A DNA stretch of 61,239 nt, counting the filler, from Sluysia triapertura (taxonomy: Eukaryota), in NCBI GenBank assembly GCA_046118255.1. It is 4 parts of 4 records of this genome, joined end to end, with 100 filler letters (N's around TTAATTAATTAA, not from the genome) between each part and the next. Parts side by side here need not be neighbours in the genome. Positions count along the whole stretch, not along the records: positions 1 to 19,877 come from JBJNIA010046568.1; 3 more parts are not named here. One strand, written 5' to 3'. Shown piece by piece: positions 1 to 14,179 of this stretch (its first letter is position 1; each line of letters opens with the position of its first letter). The position numbers were made by a program, and so were the translations under genes. The notes beneath the pieces were generated by a model, which worked only from the letters and a program-made list of their open reading frames with translations, was not told the origin of the DNA and did no database searches.

Positions 1-72
<72 letters not shown>
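1..72. repeat. (TAA)n microsatellite
   Basis: Perfect TAA trinucleotide run. Similar runs occur at about 2352-2420, 17824-17901, 28994-29070, 43880-43939, 46816-46873 and 61165-61239. Confidence 0.98.
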
Positions 73-74
<2 letters not shown>

Positions 75-2349
75 GTACAAAAACCTACACTCGTACACAA
101 ATTAATTCCATACATTTAAACAGACACTTTGTGGCGTAAAGTCAAAATTTTTTGTACGCTGGCATAATTTAGTTATATCACAACTTTATAGAATTTTTTC
201 TTATTTTAATGTATTTATATTTTTTTAATTCGCAAACTGATTATTTTCAATTTTATATAAATTATAAAAAATCAAAAATAATTAAATAGTAAATCATCGC
301 AAAAATAAATCATTACATTACATTCTAACTAGTTATTGTTCATTAAAAGTGCTATTTTAAAACAGAAATTTGATAAAAAGTTAATTTTTACTCACATTAA
401 TTTATTGCATTACTTAGTAGTTATAATTTTGTAATTCATCAAATACTTGGAAATATAAAAATTCAATTAAGCATAATATTTTCTCAAACTATGTTAAACA
501 GAATTTGATAAGAAACTACAAATAGAATACATGAATATTCATGGATATTATGTGTTAATAATCATAAATGCATGCCCCAATATTACATAAAAATAAGTAT
601 TTTTCGTGTTCAATTCCATTAAATTATGATCAAATAAAACAATAAGCAAATATCATAGGATTTATTTCCAAATCGAACATCGATTTATAGATTACGATAA
701 TTATAAAATGGCAAAACTATTTGTTTTTTACATTTACGGATAAATTACTCGAAAATTTCCAATAATTACCCACACCCTTATTTATTACTAAATTAAAAAT
801 AATTTTTCGCTTTTAATACTCCACCTGATTCTTAGGTTATACTGAAAGTTTGTCGATAGTAAAAGAAACGTATTGCTTCATAATAATTACAAATGATCAA
901 TTTACTAAATTGATATCAGAAGAGTTTTAGGTATATAGACTTTCGAAAATCTATGAATAAATTGCATTGAACATTATTTAACACTAAAAGTACCAAGGTT
1001 TGATGTGTACCTATTCGTACATTTGCGGTAATTTGACAGGTACTTATAAAAACCTCATTTTGGGGTTAATTGAATGTAAATTTACTCTAGTAAATTAAAG
1101 AAAAACTAAAAACGTTCAATTGACCGGTCATGGTACGTTTAGTGTTAAATTTCAATACTCAATGAATGCACCTTGTAAACGAATAAATAATAAAATCAAT
1201 TAATGTTTGTCGATGTACAGAATTGACATCAATTTATTCCAAGTTTCAGTAATAACATAATTTACAATTACTTATTTATGAATAAGTTAACGTATCACAG
1301 GACAAAAAGCAGAATTTATAATTGTATAACATATAATACCCAAATGAAGTACAAATTACCATTAAATGTTTCCTAAAAATAGCATTTTTAAAGATTAAAC
1401 TTTATTAATCAATTTAAATATCGAATTTCAAAGCATTTTTTAATGTGTTGGGCCTAAAACCCTAAAATGGAACTAACTACATTTCACACATTTTAAAGCC
1501 TACTTAATAGTATTACAACTGGAAGAATAGAAAGTTGAAATCCTTATTGCTAAAATTATATTTCTACACTTACAAAAATATATAAAATTTCATACATGGA
1601 ATTTGAATCTGTTATTAAATATTTAGATATTCACAAACCAAGTAAACTAATACTTTTATGCTAACTTAAATTTCAAAAATAATGTTAAAGTCGCATCTAG
1701 TTTTCCCTATATATTTTAGCACTTTATGTATTTATTTATGTTTTTATGACCATTAGGAAATTGCAAACCGAGAAAAGTAATTTCTCTTATAAATACCAAA
1801 CGTCTGCAATACTACAAATATCATTGTTATAATTAATTAAAAACTTTGCTTTTATTTTGACATTATAATTTCCTGTATCAATGGCAATAAATAAACACCT
1901 ATGTTACATTTTTACTCACTTGATAATTACCATTGATAATTTTAGTCTAAATAAACAAACATTTGATTGTTTATCGTAATTTATCTACTTTAACATATCG
2001 AACTCACTATCAATATTTTCAATAGCTTACTATAAAACCAAGTAATCTAAAGTTAATCAGAATTTAACTGCTCTGATTATTAGTACTTTTATCTAATTAT
2101 TACTTTTTGAATGAATTTCAAACTATAAATGAAAAATAGTCCTCTTACATGTATTAAAAACATAAATATTTAATAACTTTCTAATTAGTTTAACCCAAAA
2201 TAAACGAATATATTTTCAAATTTTTGATATTAACTTTATCAAACAAGCTTATTACATAGCCGCAGTACTCATTAAAAGTATAAAACTTCAGTCGTTTATG
2301 AAAGAATTTAATAGCAGATTAGTGATATTCGATTAAATAATTAATTTGA

Positions 2350-2351
<2 letters not shown>

Positions 2352-2420
<69 letters not shown>

Positions 2421-2500
2421 TTATTTTGCTGCTAGTTAAATCACTTTTGTTAAAAAAGACACCAGCAAGAGTAAAAGGCTTGTACTTGGACAGCAGAGTT
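2352..2500 (-). mobile_element. Probable 3' end of a non-LTR retrotransposon (CR1/L2-like) with (TTA)n tail
   Basis: The minus strand reads ...CTTGCTGGTGTC...CTAGCAGCAAAATAAA followed directly by (TTA)n, the usual AATAAA + microsatellite tail layout of CR1/L2-clade 3' ends. Confidence 0.4.
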
Positions 2501-3794
2501 TGAAAATAATGAACATTGAGTCATCAATGAACAAAAATTATTTTGATTGAGAATTTTCACAAATCATAGGTAAATTATAGTTGTTATTAATGAAAAAATA
2601 ATAACTGAATATTTATAAACAATCTGAAAGATAGATTTATTTTAAGTATCAACATTAATGCTAATTTTATTTTTATTATTAATTTATTTTCAATTATAAT
2701 TATTTGTAATTTGATTTCTTTTGTAACAATTATACTGAATGTAAATCAATATTATTTTTATGAAATTGATTTATTAATGATGTTATGAAAATGAAAGGAA
2801 TTAATTATTTTGATTATAAACTAAGGTATTAATTTTTTAAATTAAAAATAATTTTTTTATTTAAATGTACTATCAGCATAAAGCATTTAAATATTGTTCG
2901 ATAAAATATGCTTTGAGGTAGTTCATTTTTATCATTATTGAAGTATATTACTTGATTAATGAGTTCAATTATTAACGAAATATGATTTGTACGAACAAAA
3001 TAAAATTTATGTGTTTTATAACTCATGACGGTTATCCGCATAATTCAATATTGAATTGGATTGACAAAAGTAAACTAATTAAATAGTATTTACTAAAATT
3101 AGTTTGTCTAATTTTGTATAATGTGAATTTTAAGTCTGAATATTTTACTTAATAACATTTTTATAGGATCACTGCATTATAGAAAAGCTTCGTTTTGGTA
3201 AAAAAATAACAATTAATTGTATCAATTTTATGTTTTGAAAGTTTAATTTAACATTAACGTATAATTAATATTTGAAACTGAATGAGTGCTTAAAGAGAAT
3301 AATTAATGACTTACTATGTTTAAATATCAAAAGGCTTTGTCTATCAATGTTGAATTGCTGTAGTTTTCTTAATACTAAACCTAAGGCAAAATAAAATTGA
3401 ACAGGGTCCGGTCACAGTAAACGTATTACAACTAGTAGCTGGCGTTTCTGTAACTGATAAGTTGAGAATCTTAATTAAAAATACTACGTTTAACACGTTC
3501 TTAACCAATTTATTATTAGGGTCTTAATTAAATGTGACAATTATATCAATTTATCAAAAACGAAGAATAATACTTGAATTTTATTGACAATACGTAAAAA
3601 TTTTAATAATACAATAAAAATAGTGTAGTTTATAATTAAAATTATCTAGGAATCTTTAATTTGATTAGAAATTTTAATAATATAAAATTTCTCTCATTAT
3701 ATCGAGGAAAAACAATATTTAATTATGATTTTAAAGTAATATTTTAAAATTTTTATCTCCTTCAGAAAGATAAAAATTTCTTACAAAAAACAAA

Positions 3795-4238
3795 TTACCG
3801 TAAGCATGGAAAATAAATGATCTCCAAAAATCCAATAAATTTCCAAGTAATGAATCCTGCAAATAGATTTGTTATACCAAATATTTTTATTGAAAAACCA
3901 GACAAAAATTTGTGTGTGACTGACAAAATAATTGAAATTTAAAATGGCTGACTAATGTAAAATGGCAATTTTCATTAAAACGATGTCAGTTAATATACTA
4001 GTCATCAGCCAATGAAAATCAGTAGAATGTTCTAGAACATTCTAGAAGCTTCTATTCTATTTATAGAAGCAAATTTTCTTTTTCGAATTTCTATTTTATT
4101 TTTTGGAAAATAATTTTTTTCTTTTAGAAAATAAATGTTTTTTGGATATTTGGCAACTTTAAAACATTTTTTTAATGATTTAAAACATTTTAAATAATAT
4201 TTTATATAATTTTAGAGGGTCGTGATGGCATCCTAACA
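3795..4238 (-). mobile_element. Solo-LTR-like dispersed repeat, family A copy 1
   Basis: Aligns by eye with 22943-23307 (shared ATACTAGTCATCAGCCAATG, GAATGTTCTAGAACATTC, TTTAGAGGGTxGTGATGGCAxCCTAACA). The minus-strand terminus TGTTAGG is LTR-like. Confidence 0.7.
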
Positions 4239-6187
4239 GAATAATATTTTCTTTAAGGCAAGAATTCACCCAAACCAAAAACAAAAAAAATCGTAATATT
4301 TAATTAACAAGATATTAAAATAAAAATTGATTTTATCAAATTTTATTAATTCATCATTGTATTCTCAGAAACTGCAGTATTTATATCCAATTCTGTTAAT
4401 TGTTGAATTTCACTTGTCAAAATCTACTGTAAAGAATAAAATCAAATAATTTTAAACTGTAAATAATCTTTAATTTTAATTTTTATTTGTAAATTTGCAG
4501 AAATTTTACTTTTTAATAAAATAATTATTTATAAATTTATATAATTTAATTATAATAAGAACTTTCATATTTTATGTTTTAAACTTATAGAAAATTGTAT
4601 TTTAATGGACACATAAAAGAATTCATGTAAATTTAATGCCAGCAAAAATAATAAAATAATTATAAAATAACTATAAAATTTTTGTCAATAAAAACAGTTA
4701 GCAGATATAAAAGGGTTGTTTGATAATAATCAAGAGCACTATTTTGGAAGTTAATCAAAAGTATATTGATTTAAAATTTTTTGTGGAATCCGATCATTGG
4801 ATATTAATTTAAATTTATCGTGAAATCTGCTCGCTGGATATTGATTTTCATTTGGAATCTTTTGGTACAAAATTGCTCACTTGATATTTTGTCATTAATC
4901 AACAATCGAGAAATTTATAATCTGGGACATATTGAAAACCCGAAAATACGTAAGTTGATAATTATTAGGCTTTTACACTGATAAACTTTGTGTTAAAATC
5001 AGACGTAAAATTTTCTCAAAACTATTGCCAAGTATCACACCTGGCTCAATTACATTTGTAAATTTTTTAACATCAAATAAAGCTTAAAATCTTTATTTAT
5101 TTTTTGTTCGTTTTGTATAATAAAAATTTAGTGTTTTCGTAATTTTGTTTATTTGTAGTATAACCTAAAGAGATTTAACATTAACAAGAGAGATTTAGCA
5201 CTAAGATTTGAAAGTATAGATCTTGAATTAAGTATATTAAGAATTTAAATATAACTATTTGCTTCTCATTAAAAGGGAAATATCCAGTCAATAGTAAAAT
5301 TTTGAATACGTTAAAGTAACATTGAAATATTAAGTTAATTGCGAAATTTAAAGAGATAGTACGATTTCTAAAGAAATAGAAGGTTATTTAAAGGATTCGC
5401 TTATTTATAAGATACTGTTCTTTTGATTTTAAGTTACGTTAATTATCAAATCTGTAGTTGCGTCTTCGCCCAGATATAAAGCGCAATATACAGACGAACC
5501 CATTCTTTTGAAAAAATCATAATTGTTAGCTTTTATACAGAAGAAATCTAACACTACCAATTTAAGAGTGCATCTTTTAGTTCTTAATAGTTTTCACTTT
5601 CATAATAATTATTTGTCGAATCAAACGTTAGAATAAAGTACTTGGCCTGATAACCTTTTTAAAAAAGGAATGTTAAATAATGATTCTCTCTTAATTTTAA
5701 AAAATGTTACTGGTGATGATACAGCATGGAGCATTGTATGACTTGTCTTCATTAAAATAGAGAAGTTTAATTACTCGGCCAATTTTTTCTATCAATATCA
5801 TTAACTTCATTAAAAGAACTTTGTAATCTAAATATTTATTACGAAAATTTAAATTTGATTTCACTATCATTGCTACCATTTTTGAATTGTGTAACATATG
5901 TAACGCTAATATTTGGCAGAGTTAGTTTTATGTAACATGACCACCATTAGCATCTAAATTGTCTTCACAATTAAACGATGACAGAGGCATAAGCATTTCT
6001 TATATATTAATTCGAGTTTTGGAAGCTTATAATATGTTTTTGTTCATTATTTGGTGTTAATAGGAATTAATTTCAAAGGTTCACGGTTTTTGCATAAAAT
6101 CTCTTTAAAAATTGTGATTATTTTTTGAAACAAAAATGATAAAATTTTTATAATTGTATAAAATAAAATTTGTAATGACAATAATAA

Positions 6188-6325
6188 NNNNNNNNNNNNN
6201 NNNNNNNNNNNNNNNNNNNNNNNNNNNNNNNNNNNNNNNNNNNNNNNNNNNNNNNNNNNNNNNNNNNNNNNNNNNNNNNNNNNNNNNNNNNNNNNNNNNN
6301 NNNNNNNNNNNNNNNNNNNNNNNNN
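6188..6325. other. Assembly gap (N run)
   Basis: Run of N without a linker. Confidence 0.99.
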
Positions 6326-8202
6326 GATCTAAAAAATAAAATTTATTTTCGCGAAATATTTTATCATATAAATGCAAAATTCAATGAATATATTAATTAA
6401 GAAAAGAAAATAACAGGTATAATACAATTTTAACTTGATTTCTACATAGTTAAAAAAATATCAGAAAATATAATGTTAGATATGGAATTAGATATGTAAG
6501 TAAAATTAAATCATTAGCCTTTAATATCCATTTTGAATTGAGTTATTGTGAGAATTTAAAATAAAGCTAAAATAAAAAAAACTAAAATACCTTAGTAATC
6601 TCAACTAATTTACTTACTTGCCTTTCCTGATACGAGCAGGTAAGGAGGAGCTGACATGACTTGCTAGCATCAGATATGGGCATATTTCAAAGGATAACTT
6701 GTGGTTATTATCCCATATTATTACTGAATGATCACAAACCCCATTTCTAATACTTAACCTTATATTTGTTCGAGATAGTTCCAGTTATATTTTAGCACAA
6801 TTTATTATGCTTATTTATGGAATTATTTTTAATAAGTAATTATTATTTTTTATTTTTAAATAACAAGTTATTTGCCCTTTCTTATTGTAAAAATGGATCT
6901 ACATTCATAGGATACCAACTACGATGAAATTTCAATGATTCTGGAAATTTCACTAAGCACAGAGAATGCATTTAGAGTTTTAAGATGATTTGGCTGTGAG
7001 TTGCTATTGCGCCAAGGTTTGATTTAAAATCAATTCAGAATCTCCAACACCAATTCTTTTTATTGAAACTGAAATCGAAAGGACGTAGATAATTGTCAAA
7101 AATTGTGAAAAATCTGAGGTATTATGAACCTATTGATAAATTTAATTGTCAAAGAAACAAATCGACACACAGGTCATCCATCCTATTACAGAACATTCTT
7201 TGTGTAACAGTGTTCAAATAAAAATTTTATTTTTAAATTTAATCACAAATATTATAATTTAAAATTATTTTTCAAAATAAAATCATTTAAACTTTTATTA
7301 ATTTTCAAAATAAAAAATGATTATTATTGAGATTAAAATGCTTTTAAATTAATTTAAAATAAGATTACACAGAATTAATATAAATCTAAAATTTAGTAAC
7401 AAACAATTAATTTTAAATTGAAATTTTATAAATAATTATTTTAAAATGAGATTCAATAATATAATATGAAATTAAAATTTATAAACATCAAACCTCACTA
7501 TTATAGTCAACTAATCATTTTAAATAACGAATCAATAACAGAGATACGAAATCAAATTTTAAGAGCATAAATCTCGATCAAAACTAACTTGAATTAAAGA
7601 TTTGATAAAATAGATACAATTGAATATAAATATTATAAAATTAAAAAATTTACAGCATAGAAATTTTTCCGAGCTTGAAGTAATTATTAATTTGGTAATA
7701 TATAAACTATTATTTTGTGAAAAGATATTAACTTTGTATCACAAACTATTATTCTATTATTTATTAATTATTATCGTTAATTAATTATCATGAACTAATG
7801 TAATTAAAACTTAGATATATGAATATTTATTGTTAAATAATTTGTTAACATTATCGTCTTGATTATTTGTATAATATTATTATTGGATCTAAAAATATAG
7901 AGGAAATTAAAAACAAAAATCACACACAGAGAATAGAAACATTAGTAATTGATCAATTTTGGGAAATTCTTTGACATTTTAGCGGCAGATGCTAAACGGA
8001 AGAGGAGTACATTCTGAAATGGCCGAGATAATGTGAAGTTATTAGAAAATTTAAAATCACAATTCATTCAAAATGGACTTAAGGCCTTTAAGTATATTTA
8101 ATTGTAAAGTGGTTATGTTATCAAAATTGTTAATTAACATGTTTTTACAAAATTTTATTAAAATCATATAGTTACACATTTTCAAAAATCTATCATAAAA
8201 CT

Positions 8203-9137
8203 TTATTGAAAAATTAACAAGACTGTACAAAACCTTTCATACATTAAGCTTAAAAACAACACATTAACTTTTAAATATAAAATATAACTGAAGATCATAT
8301 ATCTTGAGAAACATTGTTCCATATCTTTCAGGATCGATAGAGCTCTATGCAATGGATCAACCGCTATAGAATAATCCGCGATCAATTTTTTTCCATCAAC
8401 ATCAATTACAATTTCCCTGGAGTATGCTTTTGAAGCTTTATTATCGAAATCTATGGAATTAATTTTTTGCTTTCCGAATCTCTTTGGCTATCTATATTAT
8501 TCATAAATTTAACTTTCAGATAAGTAAAATTGATATGATATGCAATACTATTTATAAATTTATTCATACGTTTCATATCATTCTAAACACTATTCCAATC
8601 ATCACCGTGATCCAATTTTAACAGAAATCTGAAACCTGATTTATCCATTTTAAAGGTACCTACGAATACAGTCCCACCTTCAGTTACAAAACGATGCACT
8701 GTTTCAGCATTTAGCTCATTTGGAAATATCACTATTTTCTTTATCACACTGAAATTTTCTTCATCGTCTTCATCGTTTGTCTCAAAACCAGATTTCATAA
8801 ACGAAATTTGTCCTACCAATGTTGCATAATTATTGCCTGAACAAGCAATTATAAAATTAGTTTCTTTAGAACAAGCAACAACATTAGTTCTAATTATACT
8901 ATTTTCAATAATTTTATGCCAAATATCAATAATTGCAGTTTTAACAAAATAAGTTGTACCTTTGACATCTTCATTTTTTTGCATGAATTCAAATGTTTGA
9001 TTTTCTAGATGATCTGATTGATTGTAACGCGGACCGCAAGTACAAAACGTCAAAAAATTAAATCATATCATTTTTTAAAAAAATTTTAAAGGTAAGGTTT
9101 ATTTTACCAAATAATGAAAGTGCCAACAAAGATATCA
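8203..9137 (-). pseudogene. Unknown, possibly secreted, multi-exon protein gene (probably disrupted)
   Basis: 156-codon ORF 8583-9053. Upstream is a hydrophobic MISLLALSLF followed by a GTAAAA donor. A further open stretch follows a TAG acceptor (PKRFGKQKINSIDFDNKSFKAYSREIVIDVDGKKLIADYSIAVDPLHR). No family recognised. Confidence 0.35.
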
Positions 9138-9949
9138 TTTTGCATTTTAACACACAGTAAATTAGATCATAAATACAGAAATAAAATAAAGGAATGATGA
9201 TAATCGTAATAATGATAATAACTACTACATATTTATAAATAAATAATAAAACAAAAAAATGTTTTTGACAACCTCTTTAAAGAATTAGCATTTACCTTGA
9301 AAATAATAACTCAAAAAAGCACAAAAAATGTCCAAAAGAAAAAAACAAAAACATAAAAATCATTAAAATATAAAATACAAAGATGTAAACTTATAAATTA
9401 TGAAACTTTAGTGTAACATAATAATTACTAAACATATATTGCCTATATAATGGACGACGTGATATTATTAATTTTATTTCTAATAACGTTATTATTGTTA
9501 TATTTAACATTAGATTCATTAGGAACATTATTATCGTCGTCCATGTACAAGTAATTATAAAATTGGTGCTTAAGGCACATAGAATTTTTATCATTATTGA
9601 ATGTCTTAGTATAAAAATAACACGAAAACTTTTTATTAATTTTGAAGACATAAAAAGAAGGAGCTATACATGAATCAAAACATTAATTAGACTAACGAAA
9701 ATGGCACGCCCCACGACTCTAGCTGGGCCTAACTCAATAACCAGTTTCCTCAAGATGCATCTCAATGCGTCCTACTCAACTGTTATACCATCACATACTT
9801 TACGAATTTTATTCCGCCTTGGAAAATGACATCTACTCTGACTTTTATCGCCATAAAAAGTATAAAAATTATAATAAAAACTAAAAAGGTAAACCCGATA
9901 GTCATAACTAAAACCTAATCTCATAAGGTTTGTGATTGGAGCACGACTT

Positions 9950-10790
9950 TTTTAACATTTGTTAGACATGACATTAAAACTTGCAAGCTTGTGTCGTTGG
10001 TAGAGACCGTGTACATACTGGGCAGTTCATTGTGTATGACTGCTAGAACAGCGTAGTCACGACTACTCTGACTTATGATACTTAATTAATTCTGATTGAT
10101 ACGGCTGCAAAATTTAAAGTATAGAAATGTACAATTCAAATAATTCTGCAGAAACGAAAATAATTTTGCAGGTACCTAAAATATGTTGAAATAAGAATCG
10201 TGCAAATATATCAAGTACAGACACATACAATTCAAATAATTCTGACTTGGTATTTTGTAATGTAACATTTGTGCATGCAACTTGTCTTTAAAGAATTCGG
10301 AAGTAACTCGCAGTATAATTCGATCTATCATTTTAATAACTTTAACAACAGTGTTAGACTCTTTAAACAATAAAAAATGACTATCGGCTTTCCGATATCT
10401 TTCAAGAAAAAGTTTACATAAATTAAAATTTACAAATACACTATTTGATACGGAAAAATAGCATCTTTAATATGGTTAATAATATCATGAACAAGATTTT
10501 CTTCGATGTATTGCAAACAGGTACAGTCAGAATTAATAGGCATAATAGGACGACAAATAATCGCAACAAAACAATCTTCAAACGTTATGTGAGTAGGTAC
10601 AAACTCCAGACGATAGACTGGTCGGGTCCTTCATCATCTCGATACGTCTACTCATAGCCGGAACAGCATTCTTGTTCTTTAAATTAAGCCCATCACATTT
10701 GAGGAAGAACATATCAGATCTATGAATCTGGTACGCATTGTTCAAAATGGCAGCATCTTCTTACACTCTAATACCTTCAATGCATGTATA
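9950..10790 (-). pseudogene. Decayed coding sequence, possible distant paralogue of the ORF at 29294
   Basis: Raised GC and long open stretches broken by stops and frameshifts (CIEGIRV*EDAAILNNAYQI...NAVPAMSRRIEMMK...TCLQYIEENL...KDKLHAQML...AVIHNELPSMYTVSTND). Confidence 0.4.
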
Positions 10791-11116
10791 AAATTTAACT
10801 CCGATATAGTCACCGAGAGCTATTATTACTTTATGTATGTGGAGGGCAAGAAATATTTTAATTTATAAAATTTCCAATTATTTTTATTTTTACTTTTATT
10901 TTTATTAAAAATTATTTTAACTAAATAACTTGTAACTAAATTATAACAACATAGGCTTAAGGCCTGTAACAATTAAAAACAACACAATTAATAGATTTAA
11001 TAAACTAGCAAAACTTGTGAATGTAAAAAAATAAAATTTAAACAAGAATATAATAAATACATAACTGTAATACCACTTGGTAGAAGTCTTGGAGTGGTTT
11101 GTTTGTGTGAATAGTA

Positions 11117-11664
11117 TTAAAATGTTTCTCCAGTTGGACGAAGTTTTTGTCGAATTACCACAAAGGCAGTTAAAATATTTCCTGCTGCTATACATAGAAA
11201 CATTAGTGCTACTACCTGTATCTGCCATTCCTTTGTAAATTCACTTTTGCTTAATTCTTACAGTGTAAAAATTGTAAAGTTGAAACATGTAAGCACTGAA
11301 TAATAGTGGTAAAATAAATGTCAGATTTTTAAACATCCAAGACATAAATCCATCGACTGTAATATCCATATTATGACTTTCAACGAGTGCCCTTAAGTTA
11401 TACAAGGAACCTCTTTGGTAGTAATACTGAATAAATTGTACGGAACTCATGTAAAGCGAATACAGCATAAACTGGTCCCGAAATTTATCATATGAATCAC
11501 TTATTGACCAGATTAACATAATAGCTGCTAAAGCTGTTAAAACAAAATGAGAAGCCACCCACCAACCACGAATCCGAGAACCATTGATAACAAGAATCTG
11601 TTCACGAATTGTCAATGTGCAATAATACCAAACTAGCAGAAAATGGAATGCTGCATCTAAAATT
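11117..11664 (-). pseudogene. TMEM120: TMEM120 (TACAN) family C-terminal half, 5'-truncated and probably pseudogenic
   Basis: After a TTCAG acceptor it reads [35 protein letters not shown]...FRDQF...[18 protein letters not shown]...[22 protein letters not shown] second frame then gives KEWQIQVVALMFLCIAAGNILTAFVVIRQK. Both match TMEM120A/B motifs. There is a frame break at about 11231-11265. Confidence 0.9.
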
Positions 11665-11767
11665 CTGAATTTTTATAATATATAATTATTATTTTCAATA
11701 ACAATCAATCAAATAAGCTGAATGATAATATTCAACGGTGAAGTAACAACACTTCTTATCATAAATA

Positions 11768-12152
11768 TGTTGGGTTTAGTTAAAGATAAGGAGAAACATA
11801 AGGGTTATAACTCATGATATAAAAATGAAATAAACATCATTGAGGAATCAAGATAAAGTATTATGATGAATTGTTATAACAGAGTGTATAAAATATTCGC
11901 ATTAAAATGAAAAAATTAAAGATACGAAGAAATAACCCTTATTTGTTAAAATATTCAAGTACATTTTGTTAATTAATTTAACTAAAATTTGTTTAATTTT
12001 ATAACTTAATGAAAAATCTTTGCTCATGATACAATAACATAAGAATTTGTGTATGATGAATTGTATTAGTATTCTTACTGATGAAGTGTTACGAAGTACG
12101 TCGACACAGTAACGTAAAAATTAGTCATTTTAATCATCTAAAATTAGAGTTA
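11768..12152 (+). mobile_element. Solo-LTR-like dispersed repeat, family B copy 1
   Basis: Begins TGTTGGG and aligns with 52563-52929 (shared GAAGAAATAACCCTT, TATTTGTTAAAATATT, TTTGCTCATGATA). Confidence 0.7.
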
Positions 12153-12174
12153 TATATGTTCTGTTGTTGAAGTT

Positions 12175-12425
12175 TGGGTTGGTGCATAAGTTCGTGTGTT
12201 TTTTACTGATGAGAAGAATATTATCCATGCAAAAAATTCCAAATAACAAAATGAATTTATTAAATCATTAGAAAAACCAAATATCTCAGTCTCAATCGAT
12301 GAGATTCTCTTCCTTCCACCGTTCCGGAAGTTTCTCAATCCTACGTTTGAAGAAGCTTAGTGATTTGTGGTCGAAAAATTCTTCAATCCACATTGTTATT
12401 GCTTCTTCGTTTTCAAATGTGAGAC
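12175..12425 (-). mobile_element. Mariner transposon 3' fragment with TIR
   Basis: The minus strand encodes LTFENEEAITMWIEEFFDHKSLSFFKRRIEKLPERWK (mariner C-terminus). It ends in the TIR TTGGGTTGGTGCATAAG, shared with the MITE at 17088. Confidence 0.85.
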
Positions 12426-13052
12426 AATTAATATTAAGATAAAATATAAAAATTTCATTAATAACATTATTTTTTGTTTCATTGCTATTTTAGTGACACA
12501 ACAAAAAAATTCGTGCACGAACAATATTATATAATTAACATTTCCAAATTTACTTACCACATTTTAAATGACATTCATTTATTAAGGGGTTTTTAAAATA
12601 CAATAATTAATTTAATCATACCCAATAAATAATTTTACAAAAATTATCAAGAAAAGATAATAGTTTAATAATAATGTAGATAATATAAATAAATGTAAAT
12701 TTCTATTATAAATGTAAATTTCTATTAAAAGGAATTAATTAATTAATTAATTAATTTTTAAAAATCAAAAAGTATTACTTTTTTTTAATCAAAACAAAAT
12801 GATTAAATGATATTTGGACTTTAAACAATTAATATTCTTTTATTACCTATATTTAACAGATTTTTATAAAATTTATCTATGTACATAAAAATATTAAAAA
12901 TTTAATTTATCTACATTTTATATCTCTTTTAACATGTAGTAAAAACATTAGTATAAATAGTCTACGGTTATTTAAGATTCACACAATACTTGAACACAAA
13001 AAATAATTTTGAATTTTTTCTTTAACATATTTGGATAGAATTTGTCGTGAAA

Positions 13053-13203
13053 CGATTTACTTGGAGACAATTTACTTGGAAATTATCGATTTGGAAAAAA
13101 TTTGCGATTTGTTATCAGATTCGATTGGACCAGTTTGTTGCTCAGAGAAAAAATTCATCGGACCAGTTTGTTGCTCAGAGAAAAAATTCATCGGACCAGT
13201 TTT
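13053..13203. repeat. Short tandem repeats (15-bp and 33-bp units)
   Basis: ATTTACTTGGA(GACA) repeated, then GGACCAGTTTGTTGCTCAGAGAAAAAATTCATC about 2.3 times. Confidence 0.9.
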
Positions 13204-14179
13204 CTTCCTAACCGTAAGCTATTTTTGTTAAGTTTTCATACAGTAATCCACTGTATTAAAATACACTTAAATTATTATCTGATTTTAACACACCCAAGTA
13301 TTCACCTGGGTTAAAATCATTTTTAAAATAATTAACATTCTTTAAGAGAAATCTTAAATTATTAAATTAATTATTATACATTATCAGTTTTTTATAACAC
13401 TTGTCTGTATTATTATTCCTTTGTATACCATTATTGTATTAATAAACTTTCATAGAGTACGACTGTACTATGTTTACGATTTTTGATTTATTTTGAAGTA
13501 AAAGTTAGAGTTGTTTAAGGGTGAATAATACATATACAAAGAGACCCTCCACTTTAGATATTAAGGAACACTTTTCGTAGTTTTTTGACATACCTATAAC
13601 TAAGTCTTCCGCGGGATATATAACTTAGATTTTAGGCGAACCCAGTTAGCATAAATTTATAATTGTCAGATAAGTTTTTAAGTAAAATCTGAACAATAAT
13701 AACACGTACTTTGTATTTCAAACTTGTGTATTTGTGTTGATATGTATTTGATGGGCTTTGTGAATTTTAATTCGGTGTCAAATTAAAAGATTGAATCTTT
13801 TATTATAAAATAATTTAATAATTTTAATAATTAATAAAATAATAAATTATCATAAAATAATTTATTAATTTTAATAATATGTTTATGTAATTGAACAAAT
13901 TAATAAAATAGAAAAAAACTGAGTAATTATGATGATAATGATAATTTTTAGTGACATCCAGTTGCACGTTTCCACCTAGTTTATTATCACTTTGGATTCT
14001 GTCTAACTTTTAATATATTAATGACATTAATTCGTTGCGACAAAGAAATTACGAAAACAATTAACAAAAGAATTTACTTTGGGGAAAAATTAATAGAGGC
14101 TAAAAAGGAACTGAATCAAAAATGTAAAGTTAAAAACCTACTTTAACAATAAAATCGACTTTTATTTTCACTTAGGATT

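Noticed and set aside
1-72. (TAA)n at both window ends as telomeric repeats
   Set aside because: The same microsatellite occurs at many internal sites; contigs often break at such repeats.
900-7200. Coding-like patches at about 0.9-1.3, 5.7-6.0 and 6.6-7.2 kb
   Set aside because: Slightly raised GC and some splice-like sites, but multiple stops and no recognisable motif; cannot be supported.
13053-13203. 33-bp repeats as a possible CRISPR array
   Set aside because: Head-to-tail repeats with no unique spacers, in a eukaryotic context with no cas genes. The same applies to the 21-bp repeat at 59636.
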